This document shows, one piece after another, positions 55,946-64,000 of a stretch of 64,000 nt of DNA (the stretch's first letter is position 1; each line of letters begins with the position of its first letter). This stretch comes from Pseudomonadota bacterium. Lineage in GTDB: Bacteria; Pseudomonadota; Alphaproteobacteria; Rhodobacterales; Rhodobacteraceae. The position numbers and the translations under genes are program-made. The DNA is taken from contig JBCCWG010000003.1 of NCBI GenBank assembly GCA_039193985.1, forward strand, positions 12-64,011, given 5' to 3'. The notes beneath the pieces are model-generated. The model saw only the letters and a program-made list of their open reading frames with translations, had not been told where the DNA came from and did no database searches.

Positions 55946-57246
55946 GCCTGACACCCCGCGATATGCTGCTGTTTCTCGGCGTTTTCGCCCTGATTGCCAT
56001 TACCGGCTTTACGCAAAGCTGGAACGTGGCGCTGGGGATCGTCAATATGGGCCTGATTTCGGCCATCATGGCGCTGGGCGTGAACATGCAGTGGGGCTAT
56101 GCAGGCCTCTTTAATGTCGGTGTTATGGGGTTTGTGGCCCTCGGTGGGCTGGGCGCCATCATCATCTCGATGCCGCCGGTGAATGAGGCCTGGGCGGCAG
56201 GCGGGTTGCAGGTGATCTTCGCCCTGCTTGCGGGTGCGGCCAGCATTGCGGCGGCGATATTCACGTGGAACCGGTTGCCCAAGGGGCCGTTGCGGGCATT
56301 GGCTTTGGTCGCCATCCTCATCGTCGGGTTTTTCCTGTTCCGCGGCCTTTTCGACCCGGCGGTCGCGGCCATCGAAGCCATCAACCCGGCCACGACCGGC
56401 TATCTTGGCGGTCTGGGCCTGCCGGTTCTGGTCTCGTGGCCGGTGGGCGCCTTGCTGGCCGCCGGGGCGGCGTGGGTCGTCGGCAAGACAGCGCTTGGGC
56501 TTCGTTCCGATTACCTCGCCATCGCGACGCTGGGCATTGCCGAGATCATCATCGCCGTCCTGAAGAACGAAGACTGGATGTCGCGCGGCGTGAAAAACGT
56601 GATCGGCGTGCCGCGCCCGGTGCCCTATGAGATCGATCTGCAAAACGACCCGGGCTTTGTCGAGCGGGTCACAAGCTGGGGCTTTGATCCGGTCACCGCA
56701 TCGGCAATCACTGTCAAGCTCGGCTATACCTGTCTGTTCCTCGCCGTTTTGCTCGGCCTGCTCTGGCTGGCACAGTCAGCCCTGAACTCGCCCTGGGGCC
56801 GGATGATGCGCGCGATCCGCGACAATGAGGTTTCGGCCGAGGCGATGGGCAAGGACGTCAAGGCACGGCACCTGCAGATCTTCATTCTCGGCTCGGCGGT
56901 CTGCGGGCTGGCAGGCGCGATGATGACGACGCTGGACGGCCAGTTGACGCCGGGCACCTATCAGCCGCTGCGTTTCACGTTCCTGATCTGGGTGATGGTG
57001 ATCGTCGGCGGCTCGGGCAACAACTTTGGCGCGGTTCTGGGCGGGTTCCTGATCTGGTATCTCTGGATCATGGTTGAACCGCTTGGGCTGACGATTATCG
57101 AGACCATCACGGCGGGCATGGCCGACGGATACTGGCTGAAGGATCATCTGTTGCAGAGTGCAGCGCATATGCGGCTTTTCACAATGGGTCTGATCCTGCT
57201 TCTGGTCCTGCGCTTCAGCCCGCGCGGCCTGATCCCCGAGCGTTGA
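55942..57246 (+). CDS. HAAT-family ABC permease (LivM-like)
   Basis: ATGA overlap with livH (ATG at 55942). WGYAGLFNVGVMGF, WGRMMRAIRDNEVSAEAMGKDV. Confidence 0.9.
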   Translation: MSLTPRDMLLFLGVFALIAITGFTQSWNVALGIVNMGLISAIMALGVNMQWGYAGLFNVGVMGFVALGGLGAIIISMPPVNEAWAAGGLQVIFALLAGAASIAAAIFTWNRLPKGPLRALALVAILIVGFFLFRGLFDPAVAAIEAINPATTGYLGGLGLPVLVSWPVGALLAAGAAWVVGKTALGLRSDYLAIATLGIAEIIIAVLKNEDWMSRGVKNVIGVPRPVPYEIDLQNDPGFVERVTSWGFDPVTASAITVKLGYTCLFLAVLLGLLWLAQSALNSPWGRMMRAIRDNEVSAEAMGKDVKARHLQIFILGSAVCGLAGAMMTTLDGQLTPGTYQPLRFTFLIWVMVIVGGSGNNFGAVLGGFLIWYLWIMVEPLGLTIIETITAGMADGYWLKDHLLQSAAHMRLFTMGLILLLVLRFSPRGLIPER

Positions 57247-57845
57247 GACCGCTGATCGTGATCCCTGCGGCGGGGTCGTCCTCGCGGATGCAGGGGCGCG
57301 ACAAGCTGCTTGAGCCCATTGACGGTGTGCCCCTGCTCAGGCGGCAAACGGAAGTCGCTGCGGCCAGCGGCTGCCCGGTTATGGTGGCGCTGCCGGTCAC
57401 CGGCCCACGCCACGAAACCCTCAAAGGCTTGCCTGTCACGATCATCACCGTGCGCGATGCGGCCGAGGGGATGGGGGCCACACTCCGAACCGCCGCCATC
57501 TTTGCGGCGCGCCACGCACCCGACAGGCCGATGATGGTGCTTTTGCCGGATGTACCGGGCATCGGCCCGTTCGATATCAAAGCCGTGGTCACCCGGTTCG
57601 AAGCCGAAGGCGGCGACACCGTCACGCGCGCCACCGATGATACCGGACGGCCCGGCACGCCCCTTGTCGTTCCCGCGCGCCTGCTGGAGCGGTTCACGGC
57701 GCTGACGGGTGATGACGGTGGGAGGAGCGCCCTTGATGGGGAAGAGATCGCCCTCGTCCCCCTGTCAGGCGACCGGGCCACCCGTGATCTGGACACGCCC
57801 GAGGACTGGGCGGAATGGCGCAAGGCGCACGGCCAGGTTGACTAG
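57243..57845 (+). CDS. MobA-like NTP-transferase (nucleotidyltransferase family)
   Basis: TTGA overlap with livM. VIPAAGSSSRMQGRDKLL is the MobA/MocA N-terminal signature. Alternative in-frame GTG start at 57258. Confidence 0.65.
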   Translation: MRPLIVIPAAGSSSRMQGRDKLLEPIDGVPLLRRQTEVAAASGCPVMVALPVTGPRHETLKGLPVTIITVRDAAEGMGATLRTAAIFAARHAPDRPMMVLLPDVPGIGPFDIKAVVTRFEAEGGDTVTRATDDTGRPGTPLVVPARLLERFTALTGDDGGRSALDGEEIALVPLSGDRATRDLDTPEDWAEWRKAHGQVD

Positions 57846-57923
57846 CCCGCCGCGACGTTTCGACATGGACCTGCGCAGCCTACTCTGGCACTTCTGGCTT
57901 AAGCGAAGACAACGAGGTCGGTC

Positions 57924-59465
57924 ATGAACGGTGCCGCAACTTTGGTGGAAACGATGCTGGCCTCGGACGTGACGGTCTGCTTTGCAAACCCCGGCACATC
58001 GGAGATGCACTTTGTTGCAGCACTCGACACGCACCCTGACATGCGCTGTGTGCTGTGTCTGTTCGAGGGCGGCGTGTCCGGGGCAGCCGATGGCTATGCA
58101 CGGATGACCGGGAATGTCGCAGGCACGCTGCTGCATCTGGCACCGGGGTTCGGCAATGCGTGGTCGAATATGCACAATGCGCGCAAGGGGCGCTCGGGTA
58201 TGGTGAATGTCGTGGGCGACCACGCCGGGTATCACCTGAAGTACGACGCGCCGCTGCAAGCGGACCTCGATGGTGTGGCGGCCTCGGTCTCGCACTGGGT
58301 GGGGCGTGCCGAAGAACCTGACAGCGTAGCGCCCCTTGGCGCCGAGGCTGTGCGGCGTGCCCGTGATGGCCAGATCGCAACGCTGATCCTGCCCGCCGAC
58401 AGCGCCTGGGGCGAGAGCGTGAACACGCCCATCGAAGCGGGCCCGCCGCCGCGCAAGCATGTGCCGGACGTGGCACGGATCGAGGCAGCCGCGGCCCGCC
58501 TGGGCGAGCCGGGGGCCGCGCTTCTGGTCGGCGGTCCCGCCCTGTTTGGTGAAGGTGCTGAGATGGCGGCCCGGATCGCTGCGCGCAGCGGTGCCCGCCT
58601 GCTCGCCCCGTTCTTTGCGGGGCGCCTTGAGATGGGCGCGGGCGCGGTGCGCTTCGACCAGATGCCCTACAACGCCGATCTCAACGCCGCGTTCCTGGCC
58701 GGGACGAAGCATATCATCTGCGTGGGCGAGGCCCCTCCGGTCAACTTCTTTGCCTATCCCGGCAAACCCTCGACACCGGAACCTGCCGACTGTGCTGTCG
58801 ATGTGCTCTGCCATGCCGATTGGGACATTGTCGCAACCCTGACGGCCCTTGGCGAGGCCCTCGGTGTGGATGGCAGCGAAGATATCGCTCGGGTCGAAAA
58901 GGTCGAACAAGACCTGCAAGACGGCCCGCTGACCGCCGAGGGGATCGGGCGTGCAGTTGCACAGGCCACGCCGGAAGGGGCGATCATGGTCAATGAAGCG
59001 GTCACCGCTGGGGTCGGCATCTGGCCCCCGGTCAATCGGGCTGCGCGCCACGACCGGCTGAACAACACCGGCGGTTCGATTGGCCAATGCCTGCCCGCCG
59101 CACTTGGGGCGGCGGTCGCCTGCCCCGACCGGCCTGTCTTCGCGGTATCGGGCGACGGGTCGGCCATGTATCAGGTGCAGACGCTTTGGACGATGGCGCG
59201 CGAGCGATTGGATGTGACGACGATCATCATCGCCAATCGCGGCTATCAGATCCTGCATCTGGAACTTGCGGCACAGGGCGCGCCCGAGCCGGGCCGCAAT
59301 GCCCGCGCGATGTTCGACATCGAAGACCCCCTGCTGGATTGGGTCGCGCTGGCCAAGGGCCACGGCGTACCGGGTACGCGGGTCACCAGTGAGGCCGATC
59401 TGGCCGCCGCCCTTGCCACGGCTGCCGCCACCGACGGACCTTATCTGATCGAGGCGGTGATTTGA
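57924..59465 (+). CDS. Thiamine-pyrophosphate-binding enzyme (acetolactate-synthase large-subunit-like)
   Basis: N-terminal TPP-pyrimidine domain (VCFANPGTSEMHF, GYARMTG) and C-terminal TPP-binding GDGSAMYQ...N motif. Confidence 0.8.
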   Translation: MNGAATLVETMLASDVTVCFANPGTSEMHFVAALDTHPDMRCVLCLFEGGVSGAADGYARMTGNVAGTLLHLAPGFGNAWSNMHNARKGRSGMVNVVGDHAGYHLKYDAPLQADLDGVAASVSHWVGRAEEPDSVAPLGAEAVRRARDGQIATLILPADSAWGESVNTPIEAGPPPRKHVPDVARIEAAAARLGEPGAALLVGGPALFGEGAEMAARIAARSGARLLAPFFAGRLEMGAGAVRFDQMPYNADLNAAFLAGTKHIICVGEAPPVNFFAYPGKPSTPEPADCAVDVLCHADWDIVATLTALGEALGVDGSEDIARVEKVEQDLQDGPLTAEGIGRAVAQATPEGAIMVNEAVTAGVGIWPPVNRAARHDRLNNTGGSIGQCLPAALGAAVACPDRPVFAVSGDGSAMYQVQTLWTMARERLDVTTIIIANRGYQILHLELAAQGAPEPGRNARAMFDIEDPLLDWVALAKGHGVPGTRVTSEADLAAALATAAATDGPYLIEAVI

Positions 59466-60349
59466 CCGTCAGCATCGTTTGCATCGGCTCAGTGCTTTGG
59501 GATGTGATCGGTCGTTCGGAAGCTGCGATGCGCGTCGGTTCGGACGTGCCGGGCCGGATCAGACGCATCCCGGGTGGCGTGGCGATGAATATCGCGATGA
59601 CGCTGCGCCAGTTTGGCATGTCACCCATCCTGCTAAGCTGTGTGGGGCAGGATGCAGCTGGCAACGATCTGATACGGGAAGCCGAGGGTATGGGGCTGGA
59701 CACCGAGCACGTCTATCGCCCCGACGACCTGCCGACCGATCAATACATGGCGGTCGAAGGCGCCAACGGCGTGATTGCGGCCATCGCTGACGCCCACTCG
59801 CTGGAGTATGCGGGCGACCGGATCCTGTCGCCGCTCGTGGCCGGGCCGCTGGGTTCCGAAGCAGCGCCCTATGACGGCAAGATCGCCCTCGACGGGAACC
59901 TGACCGAGGCGTTGCTGGCCGATATCGCGGCAAACCCGCTTTTCGCCCAGGCAGACGTGCGGATCGCACCTGCCTCCCCCGGCAAGGCCGAAAGGCTGAA
60001 GTCGCTCTTTGCGATGCCAAATGCCACGATCTATGTGAACCTCGAAGAGGCCGGGCTTTTGTGTGAAGATGAGTTCCAGGTGGCGCACGAAGCAGCCGAG
60101 GCCTTGCTGGACAAGGGCGCGGGCGAGGTTCTGGTCACCGATGGCGGACGTTCGGCGGCGCATGCCGGGTCGCATGGCATCATTGCCGCTGAACCGCCGC
60201 AAGTGCCTGTCAGCCGGGTTACGGGGGCTGGCGACACCTTCATGGCCGCCCATATCGCCGCAGAAACCCGTGGCGAGGCCCCCGAGACCGCTTTAAACAC
60301 CGCTCTGGCCGCCGCGGCCGCCTATGTCTCAGGAAAGACCCCCGCATGA
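59462..60349 (+). CDS. PfkB-family carbohydrate kinase (pseudouridine kinase-like)
   Basis: TTGA overlap. IGSVLWDVIG, GGVAMNIA and the C-terminal anion-hole TGAGDTFMAA. Coupled to psuG. Confidence 0.75.
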   Translation: MTVSIVCIGSVLWDVIGRSEAAMRVGSDVPGRIRRIPGGVAMNIAMTLRQFGMSPILLSCVGQDAAGNDLIREAEGMGLDTEHVYRPDDLPTDQYMAVEGANGVIAAIADAHSLEYAGDRILSPLVAGPLGSEAAPYDGKIALDGNLTEALLADIAANPLFAQADVRIAPASPGKAERLKSLFAMPNATIYVNLEEAGLLCEDEFQVAHEAAEALLDKGAGEVLVTDGGRSAAHAGSHGIIAAEPPQVPVSRVTGAGDTFMAAHIAAETRGEAPETALNTALAAAAAYVSGKTPA

Positions 60350-61275
60350 CACTGTCCATGGATATCCAGCCCGACGTGGCCGAAGCGCTGGCCACAGGCG
60401 CGCCGGTGGTCGCGCTCGAGTCGACGATCATCAGCCACGGCATGCCCTATCCGCAGAACGTCGAAACGGCACGCAAGGTCGCCGACACCGTTCGGGATGA
60501 GGGCGCCACGCCTGCGACCATCGCCGTGATCGACGGACGTTTGAAAATCGGGCTTTCCCCCGACGATCTGACGCGCCTTGCCACTGCTGGGCTGCGGGAG
60601 GTGACCAAGCTTACCCGTGCCAATCTGGCACAATGCATGGCGGCAGGTGGCACTGGCTCGACCACCGTTGCGGCCACAATGATCGCCGCCCACAAGGCCG
60701 GGATCGAAGTGTTCGCGACCGGCGGTATCGGCGGTGTGCATCGCGGGGCTGAACTCAGCTTTGACATCTCGGCCGACCTGCAGGAGCTTGCCAAGACGCC
60801 TGTTGCCGTGGTCTGCGCCGGGGCGAAAGCCATTCTCGACGTTCCCAAGACGCTCGAAGTGCTGGAAACGCTGGGCGTGCCGGTGATCTCCTATGGCCAG
60901 TCGGCGTTTCCGGCGTTCTGGTCGCGCGCGTCCAGCCTGACCGCGCCCATGACGGCGGACGAACCCATGGTGATTGCTCGCGCCTGGTCGGCGCAGCGGG
61001 CGCTTGGCCTGTCGTCGGGCTGCCTTGTGGCCAACCCGATCCCTGAGGAAGACGAAATCGCGCCAGAGGTGATCAACCCGATCATCGAACAGGCCCTTGC
61101 TGACGCCGCCGCGCAAAAGCTCTCGCACGGTGCCATCACGCCCTTTGTGCTGCAGCGCATCTTTGAACTGACCGAGGGCGCATCGCTCACCGCGAATATC
61201 GCATTGGTGCTCAACAATGCCCGGCTTGCCGCAAAAATAGCCACCGAAATCGCAAAACGAGCCGAGATTGGCTGA
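60346..61275 (+). CDS. psuG: Pseudouridine-5'-phosphate glycosidase
   Basis: ATGA overlap. VVALESTIISHGMPYPQN, TVAATMIAAHKAGIEVFATGGIGGVHRG, DISADLQELAKTPVAVVCAGAKAILD. Confidence 0.9.
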   Translation: MTLSMDIQPDVAEALATGAPVVALESTIISHGMPYPQNVETARKVADTVRDEGATPATIAVIDGRLKIGLSPDDLTRLATAGLREVTKLTRANLAQCMAAGGTGSTTVAATMIAAHKAGIEVFATGGIGGVHRGAELSFDISADLQELAKTPVAVVCAGAKAILDVPKTLEVLETLGVPVISYGQSAFPAFWSRASSLTAPMTADEPMVIARAWSAQRALGLSSGCLVANPIPEEDEIAPEVINPIIEQALADAAAQKLSHGAITPFVLQRIFELTEGASLTANIALVLNNARLAAKIATEIAKRAEIG

Positions 61276-61346
61276 AGATAGGCCTAAACCGTTGTTCCTT
61301 GCGGAGAGAACGCCTAAGTCTTGGCCACACGTAGACCGGACCGAGC

Positions 61347-62072
61347 ATGTCGAAACCCTTACCAGACGAGACCCCCGGGCGGCGAAAGCGCAGCATGTTC
61401 GTTTGGATGCGCGGCTCGTTCCTGACCGGGCTCGTCGTGATCGCGCCCATCGGACTGACGCTTTGGCTGATCTGGACCGTTGCGGGCTGGGTTGACGGTT
61501 GGGTGTTGCCGTTCGTGCCGGTTTGGCTGCGCCCAGACCAGTATGTCGGGCTCAACATCCGTGGCATCGGCGTTCTGGTCTTTCTGATCTTCACCATTCT
61601 GGTGGGCTGGATGGCCAAGGGCATCATCGGCAGATCGCTGATCCTTTGGGGCGAGGGGCTGGTCGAAGGTCTTCCCGTCGTCCGATCCGTCTACAAGGGC
61701 CTGAAGCAGATCGCCGAGACGGTTTTCGCGCAGTCTGACACGTCTTTCGACAAGGCCTGCCTCGTGCAATACCCACGCGAAGGCATTTGGGCGATTGCGT
61801 TCATTTCCACTTCGGCCAAGGGCGAGATCGACCAGAAGGTCCCGGTGGATGAGACCAAAACCGCTGTCTTCCTGCCGACTACGCCGAACCCGACCTCGGG
61901 CTTTCTGCTGTTCCTGCCAAAGTCCGACGTGATCGAACTGGACATGTCCGTCGAAGATGCCGCGAAACTGGTGATTTCAGCCGGGCTTGTCTATCCCAAC
62001 GGGCAAGTCACCGGTGCATCGCCCACGCCGATTGGCGAAGTGCGCCAGCCAAGCCGGGTGGGCAATGCGTGA
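61347..62072 (+). CDS. DUF502 domain membrane protein
   Basis: FLTGLVVIAPIGLTLWLIW, PVVRSVYKGLKQI, TTPNPTSGFLLFLPKSDV are DUF502-like blocks. Confidence 0.75.
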   Translation: MSKPLPDETPGRRKRSMFVWMRGSFLTGLVVIAPIGLTLWLIWTVAGWVDGWVLPFVPVWLRPDQYVGLNIRGIGVLVFLIFTILVGWMAKGIIGRSLILWGEGLVEGLPVVRSVYKGLKQIAETVFAQSDTSFDKACLVQYPREGIWAIAFISTSAKGEIDQKVPVDETKTAVFLPTTPNPTSGFLLFLPKSDVIELDMSVEDAAKLVISAGLVYPNGQVTGASPTPIGEVRQPSRVGNA

Positions 62073-62135
62073 CGGCGTTTGACGCAAACGCCGCAGGACC
62101 TCAGACACGGAATTCGGAAAATGCATCATCTTCCC

Positions 62136-62160
62136 AACAGTCTCCGCGTCGGAGACTGTT
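62136..62160 (+). terminator. Hairpin downstream of the DUF502 gene (terminator-like)
   Basis: aacagtctcc-gcgtc-ggagactgtt, followed by only a short T run. Confidence 0.4.
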
Positions 62161-62267
62161 CTAGAGCAGAAATCGGTAAATCTGAATCACTCAACGCTGC
62201 CTGAAATCAAAGATTTCAACGCGTTGAGTGATGTCTTCCGTTTCAGATAAAACCGATTTCGCTCTAG
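62161..62267. repeat. 107-bp nested-palindrome element with CTAGAGC...GCTCTAG termini (MITE-like or structured RNA)
   Basis: Arms pair as CTAGAGC/GCTCTAG, GAAATCGGT/ACCGATTTC, ATCTGAA/TTCAGAT and TCACTCAACGC/GCGTTGAGTGA, with a central GAAATC-AAA-GATTTC hairpin. The right terminus contains the patatin gene stop codon. Confidence 0.5.
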
Positions 62268-63283
62268 CTGTACATCGCAGGCTGATCGACGCTGGACCGC
62301 TTGCCCAGATCCTTGGCGTGACCCGCAAGAAACCGCTCTGCCGCCGCCTGCCCCGCCTCGAACAGGGCTCCCAGTGTGGCAGGCGTGGGAACCAGTTTCG
62401 ACGCGACACTGAGCTCGTTCATCAGGTCGTCATCCGCCACCATGTGGATACGCACCGCCTTCATCGCACCTTCGGGTATCCTCCCTTCACCGATCAGCCG
62501 TTGCACGAAGTGAATGGCCCGCAACTCGCGTAGCAGCGAAGAATTGAAGCTGATCTCGTTGATCCGGTTCAAGATGTCGCGCGCCTCACGCGGGGTGTCT
62601 TCGCGCTCAAGCGGGTTGATGTTCACCACCACGATATCGCTGGGCAAGTCAGGCTCGAACAGCGGAAAGAGGGCTGGGTTGCCGGTGTACCCGCCGTCCC
62701 AGTAATCCTCGCCATCAATGGTAACCGCCTGAAAGATCGTTGGCAGACAGGCCGATGCAAGGATGACGTCCGGGTTGATCTCCAACCCCGAGAACACCCT
62801 GATCTTGCCCGTCTTCACATTGGTGGCTGAGACGAAGAACGCTGGCCCCTTGTCGGCACAGACATCATCATAGTGAAATTCTTGGGCGATCCGCCTCAGC
62901 GGGTTCTGATAGAACGGGCCATAGGCGTAAGGGCTGACCATGCGCGTCCAGGCATCTGCAATGCTATAGGGCAGCGAATACTCGATGCTCTGACTGACCA
63001 TGCCGGGCGTCGGAAACAGCGCGCTCATCCAATGCGCCAGTCGCATATCGCCGATGCCGCTGACCTGATCCCAGAGCCACTTGAGGTTGTCGCGAGCGCC
63101 CTGCCGTCCATTTTCGACCAACCCGGCTTTGAGGGCCGCGCCATTCAGCGCGCCCGCAGACGTGCCGGATATGCCTGCAATCTCGATGTTTTCGTCCTGC
63201 AAAAGCCGATCAACCACGCCCCAGGTGAAGGCGCCATGCGCCCCGCCGCCCTGAAGTGCCAGGTTGATGCCGACCTTCGGCAT
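62264..63283 (-). CDS. Patatin-like phospholipase/esterase
   Basis: Oxyanion GGGAHGAFTWGV, nucleophile GTSAGA and DGG catalytic Asp (YWDGGYTGNPAL). Confidence 0.85.
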   Translation of the reverse strand: MPKVGINLALQGGGAHGAFTWGVVDRLLQDENIEIAGISGTSAGALNGAALKAGLVENGRQGARDNLKWLWDQVSGIGDMRLAHWMSALFPTPGMVSQSIEYSLPYSIADAWTRMVSPYAYGPFYQNPLRRIAQEFHYDDVCADKGPAFFVSATNVKTGKIRVFSGLEINPDVILASACLPTIFQAVTIDGEDYWDGGYTGNPALFPLFEPDLPSDIVVVNINPLEREDTPREARDILNRINEISFNSSLLRELRAIHFVQRLIGEGRIPEGAMKAVRIHMVADDDLMNELSVASKLVPTPATLGALFEAGQAAAERFLAGHAKDLGKRSSVDQPAMYS

Positions 63284-64000
63284 TTACTGCGAGGTCCATC
63301 CACCATCAGCAGCAATCGTCGTGCCCGTGATCTGGCTCGCGGCATCGGAGCAGAGGAAAGTCACGATGCCAGCCAATTGCGCAACCGTCACAAAATCCTT
63401 CGATGGCTGCTTGGCCAAAATGACCTTCTCGACAGCTTCGTCTTCGGAAATCCCATATTCTTTCGCAGTGTCGGGTATCTGCATTTCGACCATCGGCGTG
63501 AGGACATAGCCCGGGCAGATCGCATTCGCCGTGATAGGCTCCTTCGCAGTTTCAAGCCCGACCACTTTCGTCATGCCAACGATGCCATGCTTAGCCGTCA
63601 CATAGGCCGATTTGAAAGGGCTCGCCCGGAGCCCATGCGCGCTGGCGATGTTGATCACCCGGCCCCAACCGGCCTTGCGCATCATCGGCAAGGCAGCAGC
63701 CGTCGTATGAAAGGCCGAGTTCATGTTGATCGCGATGATCGCATCCCACTTGTCGACCGGAAACTTGTCGATCGGGTCCACATTCTGAATGCCGGCATTG
63801 TTGATGAGAATGTCGCAGGCCCCTGCCTGTTCAATCAGGTCACGGCATTCGTCGCCCTTCGACATGTCAGCCTTTATGTAGCGCGCTGTCACGCCGGTCT
63901 CGGTCGCAATCTCGGCAGCCAAGGCGTGATCTTCATCCCGGTCAGTAAACGAGTTCAGCACCACATCTGCACCGGCCTTGGCCAGTTCCTGCGCAATGCC
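63284..64000 (-). CDS. bdhA: 3-hydroxybutyrate dehydrogenase (SDR), 5' end beyond the window
   Basis: NNAGIQ, ASAHGLRASPFKSAYVTAKHG, PGYVLTPMV...Q, and a C-terminal GTTIAADGGWTSQ typical of BdhA. The frame stays open to position 64000. The stop abuts the patatin ATG (TAAATG). Confidence 0.85.
   Translation of the reverse strand, partial: GIAQELAKAGADVVLNSFTDRDEDHALAAEIATETGVTARYIKADMSKGDECRDLIEQAGACDILINNAGIQNVDPIDKFPVDKWDAIIAINMNSAFHTTAAALPMMRKAGWGRVINIASAHGLRASPFKSAYVTAKHGIVGMTKVVGLETAKEPITANAICPGYVLTPMVEMQIPDTAKEYGISEDEAVEKVILAKQPSKDFVTVAQLAGIVTFLCSDAASQITGTTIAADGGWTSQ

Noticed and set aside
57765-59363. 532-aa ORF on the minus strand; similar long antisense ORFs occur at 46894-48201, 54338-55255 and 21183-22109
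   Set aside because: All overlap well-supported genes on the opposite strand (TPP enzyme, ffh, livF/livH, lhr) and show the Arg/Pro/Gly-rich composition of non-coding frames in GC-rich sequence.

Overview
GC-rich alphaproteobacterial chromosome segment. Gene content and order suggest Rhodobacterales, but this is inference only. It is densely coded (about 65 CDS), with many ATGA/TTGA start-stop overlaps. I saw no rRNA, tRNA, CRISPR array, IS element or prophage.

Gene content in order:
- scoAB ketoacid CoA-transferase.
- A three-gene operon: flippase-like membrane protein, DprE1-like FAD oxidase and DprE2-like SDR.
- A lytic transglycosylase.
- A complete Tad/Flp pilus locus: two flp pilins, cpaB, cpaC, a lipoprotein, cpaE/tadZ, cpaF, tadB, tadC, two TPR lipoproteins and the cpaA peptidase.
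- A convergent 545-aa polytopic membrane protein, divergent from an orphan AAA+ ATPase.
- A glycosyltransferase coupled to an Lhr-type DEXH helicase.
- An M20 deacylase plus peptide ABC transporter plus GNAT.
- DUF3422 and a GT8-like protein.
- metY, pdxJ, EamA, NUDIX, purK, purE, DUF465.
- hsp20-DUF1150 behind a sigma32-type promoter.
- An MCP.
- groES-groEL with a perfect CIRCE operator.
- TraB/GumN and a DMT transporter.
- ffh, four tandem GNATs, chorismate mutase, rpsP, rimM.
- A Liv-type ABC transporter.
- A MobA-like protein, a TPP enzyme and psuK/psuG.
- DUF502, a patatin-like lipase and a partial bdhA.

Most notable observations:
1. groEL carries a single in-frame TAA at the conserved Glu of AEDVEGEAL.
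2. A polyprenyl-phospho-arabinose-type (DprE1/DprE2) operon on one flank of the tad locus and a GT-C-like membrane protein on the other suggest lipid-linked pentose glycosylation. The link to the pilus is a hypothesis.
3. A REP-like repeat family has four copies arranged as two inverted pairs, and there is a separate 107-bp nested-palindrome element.
4. Six genes (ffh to chorismate mutase) are chained by five consecutive ATGA overlaps, including four paralogous GNATs.

All functional calls rest on reading the translated ORFs and on motif memory. No database search was run, and start codons are inferred.
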